Of a stretch of 64,000 nt of DNA, positions 8,989 to 18,642 are shown in pieces. The stretch is from Bacillota bacterium. GTDB lineage: Bacteria; Bacillota; Dethiobacteria; DTU022; UBA8154. The stretch is taken from positions 8,724 through 72,723 of the forward strand of contig JAUSPO010000039.1 in assembly GCA_030656575.1 (NCBI GenBank), written 5' to 3'. The notes under the pieces were generated by a model. It was not told the DNA's origin. It searched no databases and saw only the letters and a list, made by a program, of their open reading frames with translations. Position numbers and translations under genes: made by a program. The first letter of the stretch is position 1, and each line of letters begins with the position of its first letter.

Positions 8989-9327
8989 ATGGAAGATAAT
9001 AAAAAACCGCAGGTTGAGGGCAGAGCTATTAACCTGATTGATTTTATTGCATACCAGGACAGCTCGGTGGTCAGCAGAGAAGTTTTGAAAAAAGAAACAG
9101 GCACTGTTACCTTATTTGCTTTTGATAAAGGACAGGGCCTCAGTGAACACACAGCTCCTTTTGATGCCCTGGTTTATGTAATGGATGGAGCAGTGGAGAT
9201 TGTAATCTCAGGGGAGCCCCATAATCTTGTGGCGGGTGAAATGATTATCATGCCGGCCAATAAACCCCATGCCCTAAAAGCAGTAGAAAAGTTTAAAATG
9301 ATGTTGGTTATGATTAAGTCTTCATAA
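8989..9327 (+). CDS. Cupin-domain protein
   Basis: Cupin motifs G(X)5HxH...E and PANKPHAL; GGAGGG 7 nt upstream of the second ATG. Confidence 0.6.
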   Translation: MEDNKKPQVEGRAINLIDFIAYQDSSVVSREVLKKETGTVTLFAFDKGQGLSEHTAPFDALVYVMDGAVEIVISGEPHNLVAGEMIIMPANKPHALKAVEKFKMMLVMIKSS

Positions 9328-9426
9328 AAAACACACAAAATAAACACAAAAAGGATATAAAAACCTAATGCCAATTTATCTGCCGTATGTTATACTAAGT
9401 CTATCTTTTATTTTAGGGGTGAATAA

Positions 9427-10356
9427 ATGACCGAGTACAACGAAAAGGCAGTGGCCCGGAAGCGGCCGGTAAATATTGTTGCAATTGGGGCTATCTTAGT
9501 TATTTTGGCGTTGGGGACGGTTCTCCTGATTAATTTTCTTCCAGGTCAGAGTGAGGGCAAGAGTGGGGCAGCAGCTACTGTAAATGGTGAAGTAATCACA
9601 ATGGATGAACTTTATGAGGTTATGCTGAAAGAAGGCGGCAGGGATTTTTTAGACCGTCTTATTGCTAATCGCCTCATTCTCCAGGAAGGTGAAAAGTTAG
9701 GCATCACAGTTAGTGACGAGGAAATTGATGCGGAGATACAAAGTGTAATCAATGAGAATTTTTATGGTAATGTAGAAATTTTTCGTCAGGCAATAGAGCA
9801 GTACGGAACAACAGAAGAAGCTATCCGGGATGATTTATCAATAGAAATGGTTCTCCGTAAGATTGCCAAAAGCCAGATTGAAGTTACAGATGAGGTTGCC
9901 AGGGAGTATTTTTTGAGTAACCAGGGATTATATAACATCTCTGAACAGGTTGAGGCACGCCATATCCTGCTTGAAACTAAGGAGCAGGCTGAAGAGTTAA
10001 TACAGCTTTTAGATAGCGGCAGCGATTTTGCCGAATTGGCCAGGGAAAATTCTATAGACACTGTTTCCAGGGCGGATGGTGGTAAATTAGGATTTTTCGG
10101 AAGAGGAGAGATGGTCCCTGAATTTGAGAATATTGCTTTCAACCTTGCATTAAATCAACACAGTGATGCGGTAGAATCACAGTTTGGGTTCCATATTATT
10201 GAAGTTCTTGATCGCAACGCTGCTCGGGAAGTAAGCTATGAAGAGGTTCAGGATAAAGTTAAGGGAGACCTGTCCGAAAGGTTAGTGTCTGAGAAAATGT
10301 CGGAAATAATAAATTTGCTCTGGGAAACGGCAGATATTGACTACAAGTTATCGTAA
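9427..10356 (+). CDS. prsA: Parvulin-type peptidyl-prolyl isomerase / foldase (PrsA/SurA-like) with N-terminal membrane anchor
   Basis: N-terminal TM segment, then SurA-N-like region, then PpiC domain (HILL...FGFHIIEV). Confidence 0.75.
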   Translation: MTEYNEKAVARKRPVNIVAIGAILVILALGTVLLINFLPGQSEGKSGAAATVNGEVITMDELYEVMLKEGGRDFLDRLIANRLILQEGEKLGITVSDEEIDAEIQSVINENFYGNVEIFRQAIEQYGTTEEAIRDDLSIEMVLRKIAKSQIEVTDEVAREYFLSNQGLYNISEQVEARHILLETKEQAEELIQLLDSGSDFAELARENSIDTVSRADGGKLGFFGRGEMVPEFENIAFNLALNQHSDAVESQFGFHIIEVLDRNAAREVSYEEVQDKVKGDLSERLVSEKMSEIINLLWETADIDYKLS

Positions 10357-10394
10357 CAGCCCATATAGAATATTGAACCTGAAATAAAGAGAAA

Positions 10395-10420
10395 AAGGGC
10401 ATCCCTGCCCTTTTTCTTTA
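10395..10420 (+). terminator. Rho-independent terminator (AGGGCA-TCC-TGCCCT + T-run) after prsA
   Basis: Hairpin followed by TTTTTCTTTATTT. Confidence 0.55.
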
Positions 10421-10472
10421 TTTGAAGGGGGCGAATGACGCCGTAGGTAACCCGGGCAAGCCCGGGCATGTG

Positions 10473-10667
10473 TTACCGTCCTCGTACTGTGGGCCTGAAC
10501 ATATCCAGAGAACCTAAAACGATGTGCGCCAGGCCAAAGCCGGTAACGGTGTTTCCTATCTTGCCGCCAATCATTTTACCTAGTCCGGTAACGAGAACAC
10601 CTAAACCGAGAGTTGCTCTACTGGTAGTCACGGCTTTTCGCTTTTTTCTAAAAAACACGGCATTCAC
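10473..10667 (-). CDS. Small Gly-rich membrane protein (possibly GlsB/YeaQ/YmgE-like glycine-zipper family)
   Basis: 64-aa ORF with GxxxG-rich hydrophobic core. Start and RBS are ambiguous (GTG next to AGGGGG). Confidence 0.25.
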   Translation of the reverse strand: MNAVFFRKKRKAVTTSRATLGLGVLVTGLGKMIGGKIGNTVTGFGLAHIVLGSLDMFRPTVRGR

Positions 10668-10746
10668 CCCCTAATTATTTTCTCTTTAACTTGGAAAAAA
10701 TAACACAAGCAAAAGCTGGAATAAAAGCAAAAGAGGAGGGAATTTT

Positions 10747-12093
10747 ATGAAAAAAAAGGTAGTCGTTATTGGTGGAAATGCGGCCGGGATGAGTGCAGCC
10801 AGCCAGGTAAAGAGGCTAAAACCGGAATGGGAAGCAGTAGTGCTTGAAAAAAGTGAATATTTTTCTTATGCATCCTGTGGAATGCCTTATTATCTTGAAG
10901 GGATTGTACCTGAGATTTCTAATCTAATGGAATTTAGTTCTATTGATGCGATTAGAGAAAGAAATATAGATCTGAGACGTAACTGTGAGGTAACAGAGGT
11001 TAAACCTGAAGAAAAAATGATTATGATAAAAACACCGGGATGACCGGAAAGTGAAACCTTTGATTTTTTACTTATAGCATCAGGCACCCTCCCTCTGACA
11101 GCAGGCATAAATATTCCTAGAGAAGCAGAGAGAATTTTTACATTGAAGAACATTGATGATATGAAAAGAATCAATTATTTCATAGAAAAATTAAAACCCC
11201 GGAGATGCGCAGTAATAGGTGGGGGTTACATTGCTTTAGAAATGCTGGAGGCTTTTAAAACGAGGGATATAGAAACTCACCTTATCCACCGCAGAAATGA
11301 TCTTGCCCAGACCTTTGAAAAAGAAACCTCCAATATTATTAAAGAAAAAATGCTTGCAGAAGGAATAATCTTAAAACTGGAAACGGCTGTTAATGCCCTG
11401 GAAGAGAAAAACGGCCATGTAATAGTCAAGACAGACAAGGAGGAACTGCAATACGACTTTGTCCTGGTTGCAACAGGCGTAGTGCCCAATACGGATTTTC
11501 TTAAAGGGTCTGCAATTGAGCTGGGGATAAAAGATTCTGTTAAGGTTAACAGGTATCTGCAGACAAACTACGATTATATCTATTCTGCAGGTGACTGTGC
11601 GGAGACAGTAAATATGATTACAGGTTAAATTGCCTATGTCCCACTTGCCCCAAAGGCAAATAAGGAAGGATTTCTTGCCGGTGTAAATATCTGCGGGGGC
11701 AAAGAAGAGTTTCCAGGTATACTGGGGACCGCGATTACGAAGTTTTATGATCTCGGTATCGGACGGACAGGATTAACATTGGATGAAGCAGAAAAAAACG
11801 GTTTTAATCCCGTCAAATACCAACTTTCTTCATTGAACAGGGCAAAGTACTACCCTGGCTCAGAACAGATGAATTCAATCATTATCGCCAGCAAAGACAA
11901 CGGACGTATTTTGGGAGCCCAAATAACCGGGCCTCTTGACAGCGTAAAGAGAATAGATGTTTACTCTACGATGATTTACAATAAAATGACGGTTAAAGAT
12001 GCCTTTAACCTGGACCTGGCCTATGCGCCTCCATTTTCCCCTGTCTACGACCCTGTTCTCCTGGCCGCCCGAGTCGGGAGAAAACACGTTTAA
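10747..12093 (+). pseudogene. FAD-dependent pyridine nucleotide-disulfide oxidoreductase (NADH oxidase / CoA-disulfide reductase family) with two in-frame stop codons
   Basis: ORFs 10747..11043, 11143..11628 and 11779..12093 are all in the same frame. They are separated only by TGA (11041-11043) and TAA (11626-11628). The sequence between them also reads as Nox/CoADR: GG(N)AAG FAD motif, active-site SCGMPYY, GGGYIALE NAD motif. Confidence 0.7.
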
Positions 12094-12132
12094 TATGCTT
12101 AACATCTGAGATATGTTTAACATGTGTAAGAT

Positions 12133-12163
12133 AAAAAAACTGCTCTTATAAGCAGTTTTTTTC
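12133..12163 (+). terminator. Rho-independent terminator AAAAAAACTGCTCTTATAAGCAGTTTTTTT (probably bidirectional)
   Basis: Perfect hairpin flanked by A-run and T-run. A near-identical hairpin recurs at 15081-15106, adjacent to another copy of the dispersed repeat. Confidence 0.65.
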
Positions 12164-12227
12164 TGCCCATCCAGGGAGCCATGGGGGACGCAAACGTTTG
12201 GCCCTGCCCAAAAAGACTTAAGAGAAA

Positions 12228-12258
12228 GAGCCAGGGGGACGTTTCGCTTGGCTCAGCG
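12228..12258. repeat. Dispersed repeat GAGCCAGGGGGACGTTTCGCTTGGCTCAGCG (family copy)
   Basis: See 2912-2941 and 15108-15133. Flanked by the degenerate copies CCAGGGAGCCATGGGGGACGCAAACGTTTGGCCC (12171-12204) and CCCCTGGCCAGTCCCCCTGGTCAG (12295-12322). Confidence 0.7.
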
Positions 12259-12436
12259 TGATGACCTTTCCTGACAAAAAGAACTGACCCCTGGCCAGTC
12301 CCCCTGGTCAGCCCTCAACTTTAATCTGGCCAAGCAACAATCGCAGGTAAATTTTGAATATTTACAAAGGAATGAGAAGATGTTATATTAAGATAAAACT
12401 ATAAGTTTTCACCCGCTGTCGGGGGAAGGAGGAGCA

Positions 12437-12610
12437 ATGAATACATATACTTTTATCTTAAGAAATCAAGACGGTGAGCAATGCTGCCATATTCCCAAGG
12501 CGATTATAGAAAGGAATTATGGGCTTCTGGAAGAAGATACATATATCTTCCATACTCCCCCCCAGAGGCCAAAATCAAGTCATTTATCTGAGCGACCATC
12601 CCAGATTTAA
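12437..12610 (+). CDS. Small protein, 57 aa (below the ORF-track cutoff), strong RBS
   Basis: GGAGG 5 nt upstream of ATG. Cys-rich (CCH) N-terminal half. Contains a C7 homopolymer. Confidence 0.3.
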   Translation: MNTYTFILRNQDGEQCCHIPKAIIERNYGLLEEDTYIFHTPPQRPKSSHLSERPSQI

Positions 12611-12611
12611 G

Positions 12612-12642
12612 GAAAAAAAAGATAGCCTGTGAAGGCTATCTG
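12612..12642 (-). terminator. Rho-independent terminator for acs (minus strand)
   Basis: AGATAGCCTTCACAGGCTATCT hairpin followed by T8 on the minus strand. Confidence 0.6.
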
Positions 12643-12701
12643 AAACAATAAGGAGTAGTCAGATATTTTTCAGCTTGTTAAGCTGACATAAGCTTTTGCT
12701 G

Positions 12702-14651
12702 TTAACTGGCTTTGGCCGCATATTTGTCTTTTATTGAATTAATAATATCCGGATCCATTAAGGTGGTAGTGTCACCGATCACTTTTCCTTCAGCTATATC
12801 ACGGAGGAGCCGTCGTATGATTTTTCCACTGCGGGTTTTAGGAAGTTCAGCTGTAAAGTAAATATCCTCCGGGCGTGCCAACGCCCCGATTTTACTGACA
12901 ACCAATTTTTTCAGTTCTGCGACGAGTTCATCCGATCCGTTATGACTTTCCTTAAGTGTAACAAAGGCAGAGACAGCCTGCCCCTTAAGTTCATGTTTCT
13001 TGCCAATTACAGCAGCCTCTGCTACTGCAGGGTGTTCCACCAGCGCGCTTTCTATTTCCGCAGTTCCAAGACGATGCCCCGAAACGTTGATAACATCATC
13101 TATTCTCCCAATACACCAGATTGAACCATCTTCGTCTTTCTTGGCTCCGTCACCGGCCAGGTATATCCCTTCGTACTGCTGCCAGTAAGTGCTGAGATAA
13201 CGTTCTGGATCTTTATAAAGGTTGCGAAGCATCGCCGGGTAGGGTGTATTAACTACCAGGTAACCCTGTTCACCAGGCTTTACAGGTTTCCCCTGTTCAT
13301 CAACAACATCCACGTCCACACCGGGAAATGCGCGAGAGGCTGAACCTGGTTTGAAGGAGGCGTCTCCCGGAAGAGGGGTGATCAATATCATCCCTGTCTC
13401 TGTCTGCCACCATGTATCCATAACCGGGCATTTTTCTCCACCAATATATTTGTAATACCACATCCAAACTTCGGGATTAATAGGTTCTCCCACTGAACCG
13501 AGGATGCGAAGACTGCTGAGATCATGTCCTGCCAGCCACTCTTCACCCCAGCGCATGAACATACGGATTGCCGTGGGGGCAGTATAAAAAATGCTTACTC
13601 CGTATTTTTCAATAATAGACCAAAAGCGGTTCTGGGCCGGGAAATCAGGAGTCCCCTCAAACAGCACGGTTGTAGCCCCATTGGCCAGCGGACCATAAAC
13701 AATGTAACTGTGACCTGTTATCCATCCGATATCCGCAGTGCACCAGTATACATCCTGCTCCTGGTAGTCGAAGATATGCTTGAATGTAGTGTGAACGCCC
13801 ACCATATAACCTCCGGTGGTATGAAGAATGCCTTTGGGTTTTCCGGTCGTTCCGCTGCTATAGAGGATAAAGAGGGGGTCTTCGGCATCCATGACTTCCG
13901 GCTCGCAATATAACGCTGCATCATTGATCAGATCTGAGTACCATAGATCCCTGTCCTGTTCCATGTGAATATCCTGCCCGGTCCTATTAACAACTACCAC
14001 GTTTTTAATGCTTTGGCAGTTGCTGCCCTCCAGTGCTTTATCCACATTGTCTTTAAGAGGGACAACTTTGCCCTTCCTGTATCCTCCGTCGGCAGTAATC
14101 AAAACCTTGGAATTGGAATCCTCGATCCGGTCTTTCAGGGCGCCGGGACTAAAACCTCCAAAAACTACGCTGTGGGGCGCGCCAATCCGTGCGCATGCCA
14201 GCATGGCTATGACAGCCTCAGGGAGCATTGGCATATAAATTGTAACCACATCGCCTCGTTTTGTTCCCAGTTTCTTAAGGACGTCAGCAAATTGGTTAAC
14301 CTCGCGGTAAAGGTCCTGGTAAGTTAAGACACGCCTGTCGCCCCGGTCGCCTTCAAATATAATAGCTGCTTTATTTTTTCGCCAGCCGGAGATGTGACGG
14401 TCAACGCAGTTGAAGGATGCATTTAACTTGCCATCGTTGAACCATCTGTAAAAGGGTGCCTTACTATCGTCAAGGATTGTATTCCACTCTTCAAACCATG
14501 AAATATTTTTACTCATTTCGGACCAGAAATCCAGTCGGCCATGTCGGGCCTTTTCCCGCAGCTGATTGGTATTTTGTTTTACCGTTTTATCTGTAATGGG
14601 ATTTGCTATTTCCTGGTAAGGGACCGGGGTGTTATTCTGTTTTTCTTTCAT
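12702..14651 (-). CDS. acs: Acetyl-CoA synthetase (AMP-forming acetate--CoA ligase)
   Basis: 649 aa; AMP-binding signature ([11 protein letters not shown]), length and C-terminal Lys motif typical of Acs. Confidence 0.9.
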   Translation of the reverse strand: MKEKQNNTPVPYQEIANPITDKTVKQNTNQLREKARHGRLDFWSEMSKNISWFEEWNTILDDSKAPFYRWFNDGKLNASFNCVDRHISGWRKNKAAIIFEGDRGDRRVLTYQDLYREVNQFADVLKKLGTKRGDVVTIYMPMLPEAVIAMLACARIGAPHSVVFGGFSPGALKDRIEDSNSKVLITADGGYRKGKVVPLKDNVDKALEGSNCQSIKNVVVVNRTGQDIHMEQDRDLWYSDLINDAALYCEPEVMDAEDPLFILYSSGTTGKPKGILHTTGGYMVGVHTTFKHIFDYQEQDVYWCTADIGWITGHSYIVYGPLANGATTVLFEGTPDFPAQNRFWSIIEKYGVSIFYTAPTAIRMFMRWGEEWLAGHDLSSLRILGSVGEPINPEVWMWYYKYIGGEKCPVMDTWWQTETGMILITPLPGDASFKPGSASRAFPGVDVDVVDEQGKPVKPGEQGYLVVNTPYPAMLRNLYKDPERYLSTYWQQYEGIYLAGDGAKKDEDGSIWCIGRIDDVINVSGHRLGTAEIESALVEHPAVAEAAVIGKKHELKGQAVSAFVTLKESHNGSDELVAELKKLVVSKIGALARPEDIYFTAELPKTRSGKIIRRLLRDIAEGKVIGDTTTLMDPDIINSIKDKYAAKAS

Positions 14652-15080
14652 TAAATCTGCCCTCCTAAAAATGAATTATTTAAACTTGGGAAGGATTTAT
14701 CATTGATAAAAAGCATCGTATGCGGTTGACGAAAACTCTTAACAGTATCCAATATACCTCCCTTCGAAGTAAGTAAGCTATTTTTTTGCCCCGTTCCATG
14801 ATACAAACATTTATTGAGTTCTGACCTATATTTCTACAACGCTATCCATAAACCCTTTATATTTTTGTATTAAATATCGCGTTTTTCCCTACAAATTATT
14901 GTTATTTCTGGTTTATCTCTACTAAATAAAGACCTTACCCTATGTTTAATTATCATTAAAAGCCGTACTGTCGAGGTTTGGGTGGATGTTTTCTTTTCGT
15001 TTATGTGGTAGGGTTTTTCCAAGCTATAAAAATAATAAATATATTCATAAACCATTTAATAGATAAAAGAATAAGCATTA

Positions 15081-15106
15081 AAAAAACTGCTCTTTTTAGC
15101 AGTTTT
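15081..15106. terminator. Hairpin AAAAAACTGCTCTTTTTAGCAGTTTT (terminator-like, paired with dispersed repeat)
   Basis: Same hairpin as 12133-12163 with one loop change. Lies immediately 5' of the repeat at 15108. Confidence 0.5.
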
Positions 15107-15107
15107 C

Positions 15108-15177
15108 TGAGCCAAGCGAAACGTCCCCCTGGCATTTATTTACGTCCCCCTGGCATTTAATGGCCGGGGGGACGTGG
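15108..15177. repeat. Dispersed repeat (reverse-complement copy) CTGAGCCAAGCGAAACGTCCCCCTGG, followed by two further CGTCCCCCTGGCATTTA units and GGGGGGACG
   Basis: Reverse complement matches CCAGGGGGACGTTTCGCTTGGCTCAG (12231-12256). Overlaps the 3' junk tail of the glnA fragment. Confidence 0.7.
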
Positions 15178-15580
15178 GTTTTAGTATGCGGCTAAGTAGT
15201 TTTTTAGTTCCCAGTTCTTTTAATTCCCCCAATACCTTCTTTAGGACAACTCTGGAACAACCTGGAAAAGGGAGCCCATCCGCACCATAAACGTCGCAGA
15301 TCATTCTTGCCGTTTTACCTCTTCCAATATTTCGCCAGGGGAAAATGGCAAAGGTTGAAGGATCCGGGGCAAGACACATATCTGACTCATCAACCCTGAC
15401 AAAACCTTTTACTGATGAACCGTCGAACATTACCTGGTTATTTAATGCCTCATCGAGCTGTTTAGGAGAGATGGCCACATTTTTCAGCTTACCAAAGATA
15501 TCCGTAAACTGCAGTCTTATAAAATTAACATTCTCCTTTTCAACCAGATTTCTGACATTATCACCACAATATTCGTCCAA
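15140..15580 (-). pseudogene. glnA: Glutamine synthetase type I, N-terminal ~125 aa fragment (truncated)
   Basis: N-terminal GS beta-grasp domain (FIRLQFTDIFGKLKNV...MFDGSS...DPSTFAIFPW...LKKVLGELKELG). Similarity stops abruptly; the ORF then reads through the dispersed repeat into a stop. The remaining ~320 aa are absent. Confidence 0.7.
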
Positions 15581-15752
15581 AACAAAAATCAGTTCCTATT
15601 ATTTTTTTTTTGTAAAAAGTAAAAAACACTGGCTAAAACCAGTGTCAATCCTAGAATACCATATATTGATATTTACCTCAAACGGCTTGTTCGGAGTAAA
15701 ATGCATAGTAATAGGTTACTATCAGTCAGAGGGCGACAGGTCTCTTATCTTT

Positions 15753-15912
15753 AATATTCGTAACTACTCAGCCATTAGGTTACTTAGTCGCTCGGGACGC
15801 AAAGCATGGGGAGGGTTCCATCGTCTTCTCTTCGGACCTTCGCTACGCTACGGTGACGCTCGAACCGTCCCCATGCTTCACTTGTCTTTTATCTGAGTAG
15901 TAACTAATATTC
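15753..15912. repeat. Nested palindromic element X1 (~160 bp). 19-bp terminal inverted repeats AATATTCGTAACTACTCAG / CTGAGTAGTAACTAATATT enclose an inner hairpin CATGGGGAGGGTTC...GAACCGTCCCCATG
   Basis: TIR identity 17/19. Internal long hairpin. A second copy lies at 23968-24134. No ORF inside. MITE/PATE-like. Confidence 0.6.
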
Positions 15913-15955
15913 TTTCATATAGGTCCGAAGAATAGCCGATACCTGTGGTTTGGTC

Positions 15956-16312
15956 TTAAATTCGTGAAGGTAAAAAAAGCCTGCCTATTTTAGAACTGTT
16001 TTCCTGGATGGAAGCAAGACTTTCTTCGGAAAAGTAGAGCCTGTTATCTTCAGTAACTTTAACAACCTGAACGTTTAGCAGGAAGTCTAGAGCCTGAGGT
16101 TTGTAGTCGCGCCTTTTGAACATGGGGCCGATCAATTTTTTGGGAAGGATTCCAAGTTCTTTGCTGGTTTTAGCATTATTGACTTCTAAAGCGTTATTCT
16201 TCCGAAATATTTTTACGACCGCAATAATAGCACTCCTTTGAAGATAAATAGAGAGTCCAAAAAAAATAATTACCATCATCATTAAGAGAAAAAGCACTTT
16301 GATTATTTCCAT
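15956..16312 (-). CDS. Hypothetical membrane-anchored protein
   Basis: 118 aa with N-terminal TM helix. Confidence 0.4.
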   Translation of the reverse strand: MEIIKVLFLLMMMVIIFFGLSIYLQRSAIIAVVKIFRKNNALEVNNAKTSKELGILPKKLIGPMFKRRDYKPQALDFLLNVQVVKVTEDNRLYFSEESLASIQENSSKIGRLFLPSRI

Positions 16313-16454
16313 ATCATTATCACCCTAACATACAGAAATTTGTACCTTTATCTTAAGCCAATTTAAAAAAAATGTCAAAAGACAAGTTGTAAAATTGTGA
16401 TATAATGATTTCAGACAGATTACTTTTGCTGAATTTTTTGGTGGTGATAGACAG

Positions 16455-17651
16455 ATGGAGAAAGATCCTTTTTCTGAATTTAGGGTATCCGTTGAATTGG
16501 ATGGAGAAAAACGCATCTCCGGGAATAATCTTTTTGACCTTTTGGAGAAGATTACGAGATATGGCTCCATCAGCAGAGCTGCTTCCGAAATGGGTATTTC
16601 TTACCGTTATTCCTGGGGGTTAATTCAGGCTGCCGAAAAAGCTTTAGGGCTGGCCCTTGTGAATAAGCAGATTGGCGGATATGAAGGTGGGGGAACATCT
16701 CTCACCCGGGAAGGTAAGGAACTTCTGGGCCAGTACAAGGAGTTTAAAGGTGAAGTAGACACCCAGCTAAACCGCTTTGTAAAAAAAGCAAAGCAGGCAA
16801 AGAATGCCGCCCATCCAACAAAGGATGGTTCTGGCCAAGGGGACGGTTCTTCCGGCCAGATTTTCCAACGGCACCTGCTGCTGGCCAGCACCATGGAGCC
16901 TGTGGAAACAGGATTGCTGGATGTTCTGGAAGGGGCTTTTTATCAGTCCTCCGGTGTACTGGTCAGGCACATCGCCCTTGGAAGCGGGCGTGCCCTGCAG
17001 ATTGCCAAAAGTGGACGAGTGGATATGGCCCTTACCCATGCCCCGGAACTTGAAGAGGAATTTATGGAGGAAGGGTGGGGGGAGTCCAGATTTCCCGTCA
17101 TGGCCAATGATTTTGTCCTTGTGGGCCCCGTTTCCGACCCTGCAGAAATTGCTAAAATTGACCCTTCTGGCGGCACAAAAGAAGCCTTTCGTAAGGTCGC
17201 CCTTTCACGTTCGCCTTTTATCAGCCGCGGTGATCATTCGGGAACTCACTTGAGGGAATTGAAAATATGGGAGTCTGCCGGTATTTCTCCTGAAGGAGAA
17301 TGGTATTTAAAATCTTCCGGTGTGGTCGGCAATTTGGGAATTCTGCGCCTTGCTCTGGAGAAAAAAGCCTATACCCTTGTTGACAGGGCTACCTTTCTTT
17401 TATCCCGCAGCTTTGAAAAAATGATCAGGATCTTTACCGGCACTGAAGAAGGTAATGCCCTGACCGGCGAATTGGAAAACATTTTTTCTTTAACCCTTGT
17501 GAACCCGGAGCGCATACCGACGGTTAATTCTGAAGACGCCCTGCTCTTTGCCGGGTGGATACAAGGGAAAGAAGCACAGCAGGTAATTGCCGGTTTTGGA
17601 CAGGAAAGCTTTGGGAGGCCGCTTTTTTCAATAGTGAACCCGTTCAGCTAA
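16455..17651 (+). CDS. TunR-like tungstate/molybdate-responsive regulator: ModE-type N-terminal HTH fused to a TupA-like periplasmic-binding-protein-fold domain
   Basis: N-terminus (LFDLLEKITRYGSISRAASEMGISYRYSWGLI) matches the ModE HTH. The C-terminal ~250 aa align colinearly with the TupA encoded at 20785..21630 (DAxLTHxP, FVLVGP, RGDxSGTH, AYTLxDRATxL). Confidence 0.7.
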   Translation: MEKDPFSEFRVSVELDGEKRISGNNLFDLLEKITRYGSISRAASEMGISYRYSWGLIQAAEKALGLALVNKQIGGYEGGGTSLTREGKELLGQYKEFKGEVDTQLNRFVKKAKQAKNAAHPTKDGSGQGDGSSGQIFQRHLLLASTMEPVETGLLDVLEGAFYQSSGVLVRHIALGSGRALQIAKSGRVDMALTHAPELEEEFMEEGWGESRFPVMANDFVLVGPVSDPAEIAKIDPSGGTKEAFRKVALSRSPFISRGDHSGTHLRELKIWESAGISPEGEWYLKSSGVVGNLGILRLALEKKAYTLVDRATFLLSRSFEKMIRIFTGTEEGNALTGELENIFSLTLVNPERIPTVNSEDALLFAGWIQGKEAQQVIAGFGQESFGRPLFSIVNPFS

Positions 17652-17697
17652 TGCTGAACATCGGCAAATCATTATAATCGAGGGAGAAAATTCCTAC

Positions 17698-17721
17698 CGT
17701 TATATATAGATAAGTATAACG
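17698..17721. promoter_or_regulatory. ModE-type operator palindrome CGTTATATATAGATAAGTATAACG upstream of modA
   Basis: Inverted repeat CGTTATA-N10-TATAACG matches the ModE box architecture (CGnTATATA...TAYATAnCG). Located between a TATAAT (17673-17678) and the modA RBS. Confidence 0.6.
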
Positions 17722-17751
17722 CAAAGTTTAACTTCATAGGGGATGATAAAA

Positions 17752-18642
17752 ATGGTTGGAATAAAAATCAAAGCATTTACTTTATGCCTTTCGCTATTAC
17801 TTCTTTTAACTATTATGGGATGCGGAAAGCTGGGTGTGGGAGATGTCAGCAAAAATCCGGAGCCAAGTTTACTGGTTTTTGCGGGGGCGGCCAGTAAGCC
17901 TTCAACAGAACTGGCTGCTAAAGCTTTTGGAGAAAAAACAGGTGTTAATGTGGAGCTAATTTTTGGCGGATCGGGATACGTGCTCTCACAGATGGAGCTA
18001 GGCAAAGCAGGAGACGTATACTTTCCCGGCTCTTCCGATTTTATGGAGATTGCAAAGGAAAAAGGACTGGTCTTTCCGGAAACAGAAGAATACATTGTAT
18101 ATCTTGTAAACGCTATCAACGTTAAGCGCGGTAATCCGCTAAACATCCAAAGCTTGGATGATCTAACCAGGCCGGGATTAAAAGTGGCCATTGCTAACCC
18201 AGAGGGTGTCTGCGTGGGCCTTTATGCCGTTGAAATCATTGAGAAAAGTTTTACTCCCGAAGAAAAGGAGATCTTCAAGGCTAATATTGTAAATTACCCT
18301 GAAAGCTGTGAAAAAACAGCCACTTCGATCTCAATGGGAACCGTTGATGCTGTGATTGGCTGGAGGGTTTTTGAACACTGGGATCCGGAGCGCATTGAAA
18401 CTATTCCCCTGAAGCCTGATGAAATTATTCGGGTAGGGTATATCCCCGCTGCCGTTTCCACCTTTACCCATAATAAAGAACTGGCTTTGCAATTCGTCGA
18501 GTATTTAGTCTCGTCAGAGGGTCAGCAGTTTTATAAAGAATTTCAATACTTTACCACTCCTGAAGAAGCTTTTGCTTATATCGAGGAAGTGCGCCCTGTA
18601 GGCGGCAGCTACAAGCTGCCTGAAAGCTGGGTGATAAAATGA
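17752..18642 (+). CDS. modA: Molybdate/tungstate ABC transporter substrate-binding lipoprotein (ModA/WtpA-like)
   Basis: Lipoprotein signal (LTIMGC). PBP type II fold similar to ModA/WtpA. First gene of the A-B-C operon. Confidence 0.7.
   Translation: MVGIKIKAFTLCLSLLLLLTIMGCGKLGVGDVSKNPEPSLLVFAGAASKPSTELAAKAFGEKTGVNVELIFGGSGYVLSQMELGKAGDVYFPGSSDFMEIAKEKGLVFPETEEYIVYLVNAINVKRGNPLNIQSLDDLTRPGLKVAIANPEGVCVGLYAVEIIEKSFTPEEKEIFKANIVNYPESCEKTATSISMGTVDAVIGWRVFEHWDPERIETIPLKPDEIIRVGYIPAAVSTFTHNKELALQFVEYLVSSEGQQFYKEFQYFTTPEEAFAYIEEVRPVGGSYKLPESWVIK

Noticed and set aside
11041-11043. In-frame TGA in the nox/CoADR gene as a possible selenocysteine codon
   Set aside because: The TGA is not at the redox-active Cys position (that is the SCGMPYY Cys near the N-terminus). 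A second interruption is TAA. No SECIS-like hairpin is evident. It was treated as a nonsense mutation.
15108-15160. Sigma-54 -24/-12 promoter (TGGCAT...TTTACG) within the repeat CTGGCATTTATTTACG
   Set aside because: The spacing and sequence do not fit TGGCAC-N5-TTGCW. The TGGCA occurrences are part of the iterated repeat unit rather than a promoter.
15753-15912. Retron msr/msd non-coding RNA (inverted repeats flanking a long hairpin)
   Set aside because: No reverse-transcriptase gene is adjacent to either copy. The elements are multi-copy with typical MITE-like terminal inverted repeats.
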